The translations under genes were made by a program, and so were the position numbers. A stretch of DNA of 63,349 nt, the filler included, from Asterionella formosa (lineage: Eukaryota): NCBI GenBank assembly GCA_002256025.1. It is 7 parts of 7 records of this genome, joined end to end, with 100 filler letters (N's around TTAATTAATTAA, not from the genome) between each part and the next. Parts side by side here need not be neighbours in the genome. Positions count along the whole stretch, not along the records: positions 1 to 19,325 come from NKIB01003728.1; positions 19,426 to 38,746 come from NKIB01003729.1; 5 more parts are not named here. One strand, given 5' to 3'. Below, piece by piece: positions 11,618 to 22,053 of the stretch (position 1 is the stretch's first letter; every line of letters begins with the position of its first letter). Below the pieces are notes generated by a model. It did not search any database and was not told where the DNA came from. It saw nothing but the letters and a program-made list of their open reading frames with translations.

Positions 11618-14600
11618 ATGAAGTCATCGTCTCTTGCCATTTTGGCCCTTTTGGCAGCTCACAATAGCCATGCCTTCAGTCCAGCAGTTATGAGGAACAA
11701 TCGACGAAGCACCTCCGCAGGATCTCATAATAAGGTCGGACCACTTTCTATGAATCCACCGGAGAATAGTGACGAGATGAAGGATATCCCGATCGACGAC
11801 GTGACTGCCCAAGCCGAAGCTGCCTTGAGCGCGGCCCGAGATTTCCTACAGAATAAAGATGTCACTGAAGAAACAGAAACTGCATTCACAGCAGCTCAAG
11901 TTGCTCTGTTGAAAAAAGAAGAATCCCTTATTGATCCCGACTTCGGGGATGAAGGCCAGGATGCCGTGTCAAACGAACCCCTGATTGACGCTGATATGGT
12001 AGATGAAGCTCAGGAAGCCCTCGAAAAGCTAGCTTCGGGACAAATAGATGCGTCGTTCTTTGAGGAGACAATCGGTAGCAAAGAAAGAACTATCAAGAAT
12101 GAAATTCAGAGCAGGGAAGATTCGAAGCGCTCCAGTGAAGCGTTGGCTAGTGCAGTTGGTGCATTCGTAACTGGTGCGGCCTATAGTGCGTTTTCAGATA
12201 TTCAACAAACCGACACTGTTCCTCCAATCGTGCCACCACTAGTGATTGGTGGACTTCTTGGAGGCGCGACCTATTTGAGTTCCAACTCTGACTCGGGGTT
12301 TTCTCGTATAATCCGACGAACCCTGGGTAGGGTAACAATTATTGTGGGATCGGCACTTTCCAGTTATGCTCAATCAGCCGCCAACGCTACAGTCTCAAGT
12401 GTTCAGTCTATTCCTTCCAAGATCGGTGAAGCTATTGCGCAAACGGCAGGTGAAGTTGCCAAGATTCCCAACAAGGTAGGAGCCGCTGCTCAGCGCAAGA
12501 TCAAGGAAACAGCAAATGAGATTTCCAAGATTCCTGGGAAAGCAGCTGATGCCGCCTTGGAAGCAGTCAAGGAAACGGCAGACGAGATAGCAAGGATTCC
12601 CGGAAAAGCAGCTGATGCTGCCAAGGAAGCGGTCAAGGAAACGGCGGAAGAGATCGCCAAATTTCCTGGCAAGGCAGCTGATGCAGCGATAGGAAGGGTC
12701 AAGGAAACAGCTGAGGAGATTGCCAAGATCCCTGCCAATGCAGCTGGTGCTGCCAAGGAGAAAGTAGAAAAAATTAACAACGCTGCTAAGGAGAAAGCAG
12801 GGGAGATTGCCATGATTCCCAGCAATGCAGCCGCAGTGGCAAAGGAAAAGGTTATTGAGTGCACTGACTTGACCAAGAAACGCGTTAACAATGCGGCTTC
12901 GGAGACGAAACGAAAAATCAGTGACGCTATCGAAGAAGTGACTGCATTGCCCAGACGCGTAGTCAACGAACTACAAGAGGCATTCGATGATTTGACCGGA
13001 CCTGAAGACAAGCAATTACCGGTACCTCCCAAATTGCCCCCGCCACCGTTGACACAGGCGGAATCGGATTCATCGAAGATTGACTTTCCAAAGATCAACC
13101 TTCCCGAGATTGAACTCTCGAAAATAAAATTAATCCCTTCACTGCCACTGTCCGATACTCCATCTTCCGAGCTTTTTCCTACTGCATCTCAACAGGAACA
13201 ACCTAGATTCAAGCTTCCAATTATTGAGCCTCCGAAAATGAGTCTTCCAATGATTGAACTTCCGAAGGCAGAAAAACGCGAGAAGAAAGAAGAAGACAAC
13301 TTTGTCTTTTCCGAAACCTCGTTGCAGGAGTTTATTGGCAGACTCAACGTTGGATTGTCAGAAGAAGACAATATCAGCAACAGTTTAGCAAGTATAGCCG
13401 ATGTATCCAAGCGTAGCCTAGGAAGAAAAGCCGACGGGACGAAGAAGGAGCAAGAGGCAGCTGACTTCAAAAGGAAGGCCGAGTTGGAACGAAAAAAGAA
13501 AGATCTTGAACAAGCCGCGCTAAAACAAACTCAAGAGCAAGATCGTCTTGCGAAGCAGCAAGAACAAGAAGAAACCCGACAGCGTCAGGCAGCGAAGCTC
13601 GAAGCAATTACGAGAACAGTTTCTGATGCTCGAAAATATAGAGAGGAAGAGCGACTCGCCATGCTCCAAGCTCGTCGAGAGGAAAGCCTCGCCAGACAGA
13701 AAGCTCTTGAAGAGTTTCGGCAGAGAAAGAAGGAGGAGCGTCAAGCTATAGCGAAAGCAAGGGAGAACGAACAACTTGAGAAGCTGCAAGCTGAAGAAGT
13801 TGCTCGCCAGAGACAGGTAGAGGAGCGTGCTCGCCAGGCACAAGAGAAGGATCGCCAAGCTATGGTAATAGCTGCAGAGAACGAACTCCTTGCAAAGATG
13901 AAGGATCAAGAAGAAGCGCGCCTGCGAGAAGGGGCGCGTCTTGCGAAGCAGCAAGCTCAAGAAGAAGCTCGCCAGAAACTGATAGAGGAGCGTGAAGCAA
14001 TGGCAAAAGCTGCAGAGCAAGAACGTCTGACAAAATTGAAATCACGTCAGCAAGCGCAAGAAGAGCGCATTGCGGCTATTGAGAAGAAGCGTCGCGAGGC
14101 GCAAGCTATGGCGAAAGCAGCGGAGAATGAACGACTTGCAAAGTTTCAAGCGCAAGAAGATGCTCGTAAGCGACAGGTAGAGGAGCGTGCCCGTCAGGCG
14201 AAAGAAAAAGAGCGACAAGCTATGGCAGCAGTTGCAGCGAAAGAGCGGCTTGCAAAGTTGAAGGCTCAAGAAGAAGAACGCGAACGACTATTGGAGGAGC
14301 GCAGGGCACTCGCAGTTGCCGCAGCCGAAGCTCGCCAGCGAGCAGATGACGAGCGCATTGCTGCGATTGAGGAAAAGCGCCGCGAAGCACAAGAAAAAGA
14401 TGCCACGGATAGAGCCAAGAAAGTAGCATCGTCGACACCAGTGATCCCAGCCGCTTCGACGAGTCAACTGTTTGGCCTTGGCACTCCGAAATCGGAGTTC
14501 GAAGCTCCATCGAGACCTGTGGTTCAACCTGAGAAACTTGCTTCCGCTCCACGTGGAGTCCCCACAATTTCTAGTTGGAAAAAGAACCGTGATGGGTCTA

Positions 14601-16771
14601 TCTCTGGTAGAATCAGTGGATCTCCCAACTTCAACGACGGGGATGTTATTACAACCTCTCCAATCGGAGGCGAAGCAGCTGATGGGGGAGTAGTAGTACA
14701 GACAGCTTCTGGCTCCAAATATTACTTGGAGGTAAGGAAGGCACCGTTTGGATTCAGTTTCTTTGGGAACAAGGAAACGACTTCTACTAGTCCCGATCCG
14801 GTAACGAAGGTCTCTGATGTGTCTGTTTCTGCTGGTCGTAGCGAAATAGAGGAGCGGTCTCGCCAGGCGCAGGAGAGGGAGCGTCAAGCTTTGGCGAAAG
14901 CAGCGGAGAATGAACGACTTGCAAAGTTTCAAGCGCAAGAAGATGCTCGTAAGCGACAGGTAGAGGAGCGTGCCCGTCAGGCGAAAGAAAAAGAGCGACA
15001 AGCTATGGCAGCAGTTGCAGCGAAAGAGCGGCTTGCAAAGTTGAAGGCTCAAGAAGAAGAACGCGAACGACTATTGGAGGAGCGCAGGGCACTCGCAGTT
15101 GCCGCAGCCGAAGCTCGCCAGCGAGCAGATGACGAGCGCATTGCTGCGATTGAGGAAAAGCGCCGCGAAGCACAAGAAAAAGATGCCACGGATAGAGCCA
15201 AGAAAGTAGCATCGTCGACACCAGTGATCCCAGCCGCTTCGACGAGTCAACTGTTTGGCCTTGGCACTCCGAAATCGGAGTTCGAAGCTCCATCGAGACC
15301 TGTGGTTCAACCTGAGAAACTTGCTTCCGCTCCACGTGGAGTCCCCACAATTTCTAGTTGGAAGAAGAACCGTGATGGGTCTATCTCTGGTAGAATCAGT
15401 GGATCTCCCAACTTCAACGACGGGGATGTTATTACAACCTCTCCAATCGGAGGCGAAGCAGCTGATGGGGGAGTAGTAGTACAGACAGCTTCTGGCTCCA
15501 AATATTACTTGGAGGTAAGGAAGGCACCGTTTGGATTCAGGTTCTTAGGGAACATAGCAGCTCTTAATGTACCTTCTTCGGCTGCCCGAGAAGCGGCCGA
15601 CGACGCATCAGCAGCTGAGAGAAGCCGTAAGGCCGCCGAGATCAAGGCTGCTTTTGAAGCCATGACCGAGCAACGTAGACTCCAAGCAGAAGCTCTGGTA
15701 GAAGCGACGAAACAGGAAAAAGAATCTCAACGAAAGGCTATTGAGAAAAAGAGGCGTGAGGCGGCAGAAGCCAAGGCTGCGGAAGCAGAAGAAAAGAGGG
15801 CGAAAGCAGTACAAGCTGAGGAAATTAGAATCCAACAAGCCGTGGCGAGAAAGGCGGCTGTTGAAGCTGCCCAGGAGGCGCGTTCTGTACCAAAGCTTGC
15901 TGCTGCTCCCCGCGGAGTTCCTACTATTGTTGATTGGAAGCTGCGACGAGATGGTGGCATTGACGGCATGATCTTTGGATCCCCAAACTACGATGATGGC
16001 GAGCGAATCGAGACGTCCGCAATTGCTGATGGTGAGATCAGCAATGGGTGCGTTGTGAAGACCGCATCAGGTAGTCGATACTTCTTGAGTGCCGACGAAA
16101 AGATCAAAAATCAAAATAGAAAAGCTGCAGTGAAAGCAATGACATCGGCCAAGGCAGGTGCCACAATCTCGCTTGCCGCACGTATGGCTGCTGCTGCTGC
16201 TGCCGCTACTACTATTCCAGTTGCTCCTGCTCGTCCTGTACCAAAGCTCGCTGTAGCTCCTCGCGGAGTTCCTACTATTGTTGATTGGAAGCTGCGACGA
16301 GATGGTGGCATTGACGGCATGATCTTTGGATCCCCAAACTACGATGATGGCGAGCGAATCGAGACGTCCGCAATTGCTGATGGTGAGATCAGCAATGGGT
16401 GCGTTGTGAAGACTGCATCAGGTAGTCGATACTTCTTGAGTGCCGACGAAAAGATCAAAAATCAAAATAGGAAAGCTGCAGTGAAAGCAATGACATCGGC
16501 CAAGGCAGGTGCCACAATCTCGCTTGCCGCTCGCACGGCTGATGTTACTCCCAGTCCGGAAAAGAAGGCTGAACCGAAGCGTGCCCCTAGAGGTGTCCCC
16601 TCCTTGAGGAGATGGAGGAAGAACGGAGACGGCTCAATAACAGGGTTTATAAGTGGATCGCCGAACTTCGCCGAAGGTGACCTGATCACCACCAGTCCAA
16701 TTGTCAAAGGAATGGTTACGGCTGAAGAAGTGGTGCAGACTGGAAGTGGATCAAAGTACTTTCTCGTGTGA
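11618..16771 (+). CDS. Large (~1717 aa) predicted plastid-targeted repeat/coiled-coil protein with five copies of a ~60-aa domain; function unknown
   Basis: ATG at 11618 gives MKSSSLAILALLAAHNSHA-FSP (signal peptide, Phe at +1, Arg/Ser-rich transit peptide). Followed by two hydrophobic segments, 22-aa amphipathic repeats, an E/K/R/A coiled coil and 5x APRGVP.(I/L)..W...DG.I.G.I.GSPN(F/Y)..G..I.TS.I...VV.T.SGS.Y(Y/F)L. Confidence 0.85.
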   Translation: MKSSSLAILALLAAHNSHAFSPAVMRNNRRSTSAGSHNKVGPLSMNPPENSDEMKDIPIDDVTAQAEAALSAARDFLQNKDVTEETETAFTAAQVALLKKEESLIDPDFGDEGQDAVSNEPLIDADMVDEAQEALEKLASGQIDASFFEETIGSKERTIKNEIQSREDSKRSSEALASAVGAFVTGAAYSAFSDIQQTDTVPPIVPPLVIGGLLGGATYLSSNSDSGFSRIIRRTLGRVTIIVGSALSSYAQSAANATVSSVQSIPSKIGEAIAQTAGEVAKIPNKVGAAAQRKIKETANEISKIPGKAADAALEAVKETADEIARIPGKAADAAKEAVKETAEEIAKFPGKAADAAIGRVKETAEEIAKIPANAAGAAKEKVEKINNAAKEKAGEIAMIPSNAAAVAKEKVIECTDLTKKRVNNAASETKRKISDAIEEVTALPRRVVNELQEAFDDLTGPEDKQLPVPPKLPPPPLTQAESDSSKIDFPKINLPEIELSKIKLIPSLPLSDTPSSELFPTASQQEQPRFKLPIIEPPKMSLPMIELPKAEKREKKEEDNFVFSETSLQEFIGRLNVGLSEEDNISNSLASIADVSKRSLGRKADGTKKEQEAADFKRKAELERKKKDLEQAALKQTQEQDRLAKQQEQEETRQRQAAKLEAITRTVSDARKYREEERLAMLQARREESLARQKALEEFRQRKKEERQAIAKARENEQLEKLQAEEVARQRQVEERARQAQEKDRQAMVIAAENELLAKMKDQEEARLREGARLAKQQAQEEARQKLIEEREAMAKAAEQERLTKLKSRQQAQEERIAAIEKKRREAQAMAKAAENERLAKFQAQEDARKRQVEERARQAKEKERQAMAAVAAKERLAKLKAQEEERERLLEERRALAVAAAEARQRADDERIAAIEEKRREAQEKDATDRAKKVASSTPVIPAASTSQLFGLGTPKSEFEAPSRPVVQPEKLASAPRGVPTISSWKKNRDGSISGRISGSPNFNDGDVITTSPIGGEAADGGVVVQTASGSKYYLEVRKAPFGFSFFGNKETTSTSPDPVTKVSDVSVSAGRSEIEERSRQAQERERQALAKAAENERLAKFQAQEDARKRQVEERARQAKEKERQAMAAVAAKERLAKLKAQEEERERLLEERRALAVAAAEARQRADDERIAAIEEKRREAQEKDATDRAKKVASSTPVIPAASTSQLFGLGTPKSEFEAPSRPVVQPEKLASAPRGVPTISSWKKNRDGSISGRISGSPNFNDGDVITTSPIGGEAADGGVVVQTASGSKYYLEVRKAPFGFRFLGNIAALNVPSSAAREAADDASAAERSRKAAEIKAAFEAMTEQRRLQAEALVEATKQEKESQRKAIEKKRREAAEAKAAEAEEKRAKAVQAEEIRIQQAVARKAAVEAAQEARSVPKLAAAPRGVPTIVDWKLRRDGGIDGMIFGSPNYDDGERIETSAIADGEISNGCVVKTASGSRYFLSADEKIKNQNRKAAVKAMTSAKAGATISLAARMAAAAAAATTIPVAPARPVPKLAVAPRGVPTIVDWKLRRDGGIDGMIFGSPNYDDGERIETSAIADGEISNGCVVKTASGSRYFLSADEKIKNQNRKAAVKAMTSAKAGATISLAARTADVTPSPEKKAEPKRAPRGVPSLRRWRKNGDGSITGFISGSPNFAEGDLITTSPIVKGMVTAEEVVQTGSGSKYFLV
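14109..15540 (+). repeat. Near-identical intragenic duplication (14109-14757 / 14892-15540; period 783 bp)
   Basis: About 649 bp copied; one synonymous difference seen (AAA/AAG at 14581/15364). Near-identical shadow ORFs offset by 783 in the ORF track. Confidence 0.93.
15881..16530 (+). repeat. Near-identical intragenic duplication (15881-16179 / 16232-16530; period 351 bp)
   Basis: PKLA.APRGVPTIVDWKLRRDGG...KAGATISLAA repeated with only a few nucleotide changes. Confidence 0.92.
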
Positions 16772-17382
16772 TATACTGTTGATATAGCACTATGCAATAA
16801 AAACTAATCGTTTTTTCTGGGACTTCATGGGTAACATTTGGATTGAATCAAATCCTGAGCACGATCGATGTATTCAAACTTGATTGTTGTTGACGGTTGT
16901 ATGCGTCAGGCGAATGTTGTAGCATGGCTCTTCCTAGACGAAGACTTTCTGCAGGCGCCGCTCATCATTCAGCCTTGATCAAAATCATGATCCCTACAGT
17001 ACTTGCGGGGTACGCAAGTTTGCCGCATCTGTTGATCGCATATCATAGTGTTCCTGCGGGAAGAGTATATGATCGCCATTAATTGATTTATTAAAATCTT
17101 GAACATGAATCACGCCATGAATAATATTTTTATGTCATTCTTGGACACAATACAAGACTAGCAGTAAGCAAGCGGAAAGAACCACCAAGGACAGTAAACA
17201 AGCAGAACCCGGGCACGAAGGAGTAATATATGAAGTGAATAGGTGTGTCAATTGAGTAGAAGAATTAAAAAATGCTGGCACCTGTACATCAATTGACATA
17301 CAACTTGCTGTCGACCTGATGAGAGATACCACCAGATTCGGTTGACTATACATAATGATATGTTTCCATTACTTTTGGTGGT

Positions 17383-18039
17383 CTATCGTGAACATTGAAT
17401 CAACGTTGCTTGCAACCTTCGACTGTTATGAATATCCAAACTACTCGCAACAATAATATCCTGCAGGGCTCGCTTCAAAAGTTGAGTTTCGGAAGCATCG
17501 TTATTCTGTTTGCACTCTGATTCATTTCTGCCCGAATGCAGCAAGCGCCATTGAAATTGATTCTCAGCTTGAAGTCTTTGTCCTTCTGCTTCTGCTTCGT
17601 GAATTTGATATCGGAGAGCATACAAATCCCGTCGTTTTTCCAATATGGCTTGTTCCTTGTCGAACACTGCATTCAGCCCTTCGTTTATCAAGACTTGCAA
17701 ACATTTGTCAGAATCGCGACAAGCAGTTGCCATGCTCAATCGTTTCAGGAGCAATGCTTCTTGCTGCTGACGGAGAGTTGCATCAATTAAAACTTGCTGT
17801 AGAGATCTAGGTTTGGAGGTTTCTTCTGCGCTACCTGTTTGATCATAGTGAGATAGTACAAGAGTTTCTGCTTGGATCCATTCTCGTATCGCAATTTCGT
17901 TGTCAATAAGCTCGTCAAGGGATTTCTCAGTATGAATGGTGCCAAGCGTTTTTGCAGAAAGTGCCGTCTCAGTGATCGACGCACAACTTTCTAGCAGGCC
18001 TGTGAGCGTCTGTGCCATGCTTGGAGCCTTGCTTTCCAT
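17383..18039 (-). CDS. Coiled-coil protein, candidate CENP-H/Mcm16/Fta3 kinetochore subunit
   Basis: 218-aa helical ORF. C-terminal LLKRALQDIIVASSLDIHNSRRLQATLIQC resembles the CENP-H hook motif; upstream LLLKRLSMATA resembles CENP-H (A)L.RM.LSTAL. Confidence 0.55.
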   Translation of the reverse strand: MESKAPSMAQTLTGLLESCASITETALSAKTLGTIHTEKSLDELIDNEIAIREWIQAETLVLSHYDQTGSAEETSKPRSLQQVLIDATLRQQQEALLLKRLSMATACRDSDKCLQVLINEGLNAVFDKEQAILEKRRDLYALRYQIHEAEAEGQRLQAENQFQWRLLHSGRNESECKQNNDASETQLLKRALQDIIVASSLDIHNSRRLQATLIQCSR

Positions 18040-18234
18040 GATTGACCTTGGTGATCATTGTCAATTGTCGTTTGGTGTCGGAATTGTCCTCCAGTCAGTC
18101 TACATAAGCAAAACGAGTGGAACACACCGATATGAGATAATTTTACTAATGACGTCACATGTCATTGGCTTCTATCATCATTCCATGGTATTAGGGGTTT
18201 ACTATATATAGAGGAAGATCAAAACAGCTGGATA

Positions 18235-19325
18235 TGTTCCGATCTTGAGAATTTGAGAAAAAGGAATACGTATGGTTGCATACCACGTCAATTCGGGGAT
18301 TACGTATGCACTATTTACGTATGGAATTAGTATTAACCTACAGGAAGAGAGGAATGGATTGACCATTGGAGATCATTTCCATTTTTCACAGTTTATATCA
18401 TAATTTTAGTTTACGTTTTACATTTTAACCTATATTATCCGGTATTGCCACTGAGAATATCGTCACTGTTTAAGACGGTTTCTGGTTAACAAGGTTAGCC
18501 AGCCCATTTTCCCTCCACTAGTTTATCAGGACCCATTCCGCTCACCGTGAGCAAGTGAAGAAAGAGAAGAGTCACTGCGAAGCAACGGCGTGTCTGCCCA
18601 AGTTACAGTGAATACTGACAGAGACAGGAAAGAAGTCAACTGTGTCAAGGACAAGGTTGCAGGTGTCGAGCTTAGGACAAGGAGTCGACATTGATCAGAG
18701 TAGAGAGTCCTCTGCTGGTATGGATACGCGTGTCTGCGGAAGATACTAGAAAACCAAAAGAGGCTGTAAGCCCCAACAAGGAAGAGAAACCTGTTGAGAT
18801 CCCATATATAACCACTCCGTACAGAGTATAAAACGACTCTCGATAGCAACGAGACAAAACAACAACAACTATTAAACAATGAGTACTAATCCAATTATCC
18901 CAGAGAGTTATGAAATGGCCTGGGATGACAATGATGAAGACATTGATAATGAAGCAGAAATGGAGAATGAACTTGGAACAATGTTAACTAACATAATGGG
19001 CATTGAAGACGAATTCAAAGAAATATTACGTAGCAATGGAATCATTACTATGAAAATATTTTTCACTTTCATAAGAAGACCAATATTGCAAATCTTATCC
19101 ATGCTAGGAGAATCAAGATACAGAATATACAGAGCAAGCATTGTGAAGATACTTACTGTGAATGAAGAAATCAAAGAAGGAGGATCCTTGTACAAAGAGG
19201 ATATGAATACAATTCACAATGTTATCACAAAACCCGAATACATTAGCGCATACAACACTCACAAGAAAACATTGCGCGAATCCCTAGAATTAGCTTGGAG
19301 ACAACATAACCTACAAACATTGCAA
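18235..19325 (+). mobile_element. Probable 5' end of an LTR retrotransposon: LTR 18235-18491, PBS-like site, Gag-like ORF from 18879, cut by the contig end
   Basis: TGTT at 18235 and AACA at 18488-18491, followed by AGGTTAGCCAGCCC, which resembles Copia-type GGTTATGGGCCC primer sites. Then an A-rich ORF open to the gap. No second LTR in the window. Confidence 0.45.
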
Positions 19326-19425
19326 NNNNNNNNNNNNNNNNNNNNNNNNNNNNNNNNNNNNNNNNNNNNTTAATTAATTAANNNNNNNNNNNNNNNNNNN
19401 NNNNNNNNNNNNNNNNNNNNNNNNN
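19326..19425. other. Artificial contig linker (N-run, TTAATTAATTAA, N-run)
   Basis: 100-bp linker with stops in all six frames; identical linkers at 38747-38846, 58164-58263, 59459-59558, 60756-60855 and 62053-62152. Confidence 0.98.
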
Positions 19426-19577
19426 ATTGTACATGCATAATAGCATAATAGTATACCAGTACCCGGTTTCACCCCGGATATAGAACACAAACGTACTCGA
19501 ATCTGCGAACTTCCCGCCACTGAGAACAGTATGAATCTGCCTCTCATTTCAAACAATCTCAACCAAGTATCTCCACC

Positions 19578-20710
19578 ATGGGCAAAGAAGGAGGCGCTTC
19601 TACTACTTTGTTGGTGAGTGTTAATGCAGTTCTCAGATTTTGCTTGAATACAAAGCCAACGATGAAAGCAATACTCTCACCCTCTCACCCGATTTCTTTC
19701 CATTTTTATGTCCTTCTCATCTGGCCCAACACGTTGTTCTGTTCTTGACATATCCTCATATCCTCACTCAGACGGCTTTGGTCGTCGCCTGGTACTTTGG
19801 AAACACTGTGTACAATGTTTATAACAAGAATGCGGCCAACCAGCTTCCCGCCCATTGGTTCCTGGCTTCAGCTCAGCTTGTTGTTGGCATCGTCATTAGT
19901 TGCTTCTTATGGGCAAGTGGATTGAGGAAGACACCAAATCTTTCCCGTAGCGACATCATGGCTTGCCTTCCTATCGGTTTATTCGCGTGTCTCGCGCATT
20001 GTGGAACAGTTCTTGCTTCCGCCGTTGGAGCAGTGAGCTTCGCTCAAATCGTCAAGGCTTGTGAGCCTGTGTTTGCTGCTATTGTCGGTGTTCTTGTTCC
20101 ACCCATGGATGTCAAGCCTATGCTAGCTTATATGATGCTGCTTCCAATTGTCGGAGGCGTTGGTCTAGCATGTGTCAAGGAGGGAAAGGGAGTCGATATC
20201 AATGTTGCCGCATTCGCATTTGCCTCTATGGCGAACGCTGCGGCTGCTTTGAAGGGCAAGCTCGGTTCTTCTATCACCAAGGCTTTGGAGGCCGACAAAT
20301 CCAAGAATATGGACGCTGCCAACGTTTATGGTGTCATGAACATCATTTCTTTCATATTCACGGTCCCCTTTGTTATATACAATGAGGGTGCCACCCTTTC
20401 TGAGGTCTGGTCGCAAGCTGCCTCAACGCACGGTGCGAACGCAATTCTCACGAATATTTTGATTTCTGGATTCTTTTTCTACTTCTACAATGAAGTGGCT
20501 TTTGCTTTCACGGCTCACGTGGGATCTGTTACCTCATCTGTATTGAACACTGCTAAACGTGTTATTATCATCGTTGTGTCGTCTGTCCTTTTCCAGGAAG
20601 CTATGGAGCGCAACACTGTCATTGGATCTGCCATTGCTATTGGAGGAACTTTTGCATACTCGCTTACTTCTTCAGGCAAAAAAGTGGCACCCAAGAAGAA
20701 GACAGCCTAA
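19578..20710 (+). CDS. Triose-phosphate/phosphate translocator (TPT) family protein, copy 1; exons 19578-19613 and 19772-20710
   Basis: WYFGNTVYNVYNK, VSFAQIVKACEPVF, YFYNEVAF, SVLNTAKRVIIIV. GTGAGT...CAG phase-0 intron 19614-19771; no presequence. Confidence 0.92.
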
Positions 20711-21891
20711 TGAGCGAGAAATTAATATTTTGAATGTTTACCAAGTGCTTGTCTTGTTTGGGTCATCACTACCTATTAAGCTGCAGCACTGGCTTTCATT
20801 ATTAGCTACAACACATCTTGTATATTTGTTGATACTTGTCATTCTACCGCAAAGAGAAGGTAACAAAAGTGTCCTGATGCATACCATAGCATTTCTCTAT
20901 AGCAATCTGTGTCTGGTCTGGTTCATGATTTCGAGAGGTCCTGCCTCACAAATGCTCATCAAACTCGCCAGCTTGCAAGGGAAAAAATACCTTCATTTCT
21001 CCTCAGCTGAATGTTTACAGTGCTTACTATCAAGAGAAATATTCTCGACTTTCCCTGTTGTCCCCCATAGCCAATTTATAGGTATTTGACAGTATTAAAA
21101 GTAATAAAATTTCTGTGGTCTGCCTTTAATGTTACTTTGTCATGCTCCATGTAGTGTCCTAGTACACCAAGCAAGTGACATTTGAACTGATAGCCAATAG
21201 AACAAGATTTCAACATGATGGTACCTGGTAGGAGTCCCTGATACTTGGTAACCTGCCACCAGATAGCAAAGCTGATTGCTTTGATTACAATTATGCTATG
21301 TAGCATCATCCGCACTGGTATGTACCGGTACATACCGGTAGTTCGAACAGTACCAGGTACCCTGGTACGACTCCCGAACCGTCCTTTGATTGACTGACAT
21401 GTGGAACTTGATTACCACTGGTATACCGGTACCAGGTACCGGTACTAAATACCCGGTACCAGGGTACACATACTCTGAACTCTGAACGTAAAAGCATTTG
21501 CTAGTGGTCGTATGTACTCCCATAGTACACGACCACGAGCTCAACGACGGCCGAGTCAAAGATCGCGGCAGTTGCTTGACGTCAGCCAAGCCAATACTCG
21601 TATCATATTATTAGGCATCACCATTTTCCACTACCGGTAGCTATGTACGATATCCATTATCTATGATGCGGTAGCTGTATACCGGTACATGATTGTTATC
21701 ACAAATGGAGTACCGGTACATAGGTCTATGTACTAACTGCGTAACAAATAAACGATCGTGTGATCCTCCTCCTAGGGCGGCGAGTAAAAGTGTACCATAC
21801 CATACCAGGTGCTGTACGGTATAGGATCACCATGTATGATAACGGGAAATCATAGCCACCGGGTAGCTAGCTCTATACGGTACATCAGACA

Positions 21892-21959
21892 CACTGACAC
21901 ACTGCCGGTACAACGGGAAATATACTTCATACTTCAAATTCACTGACACACTGCCGGTA
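21892..21959. repeat. 19-bp direct repeat upstream of TPT copy 2
   Basis: CACTGACACACTGCCGGTA at 21892-21910 and 21941-21959, about 100-160 bp before the ATG. Confidence 0.8.
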
Positions 21960-22053
21960 TATCAGAGCTCAAATTTGCTTCGTTCCCATTTAGCCATTCA
22001 TAGTACTGATTTCTTCATCCCATAGCGAAGATTCGGACACTCGCAATTCCATC

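Noticed and set aside
11618..16771. Identity with known pyrenoid linker or shell proteins (PYCO1, PyShell)
   Set aside because: No KWSP-type motif seen, much larger size and a different architecture; any pyrenoid link is only a hypothesis.
12490..16797. Many long antisense ORFs here and over Hsp70, SMC1, GBF1 and the ARM repeats (e.g. 14288-15052, 56871-57506)
   Set aside because: Shadow frames produced by codon bias and repeats of the real gene; no motifs of their own.
19326..19425. TTAATTAATTAA palindrome inside N-runs (six copies) as a biological repeat or TSD
   Set aside because: Identical 100-bp layout each time with stops in all frames; an assembly linker. ORF ends running into it are artefacts.
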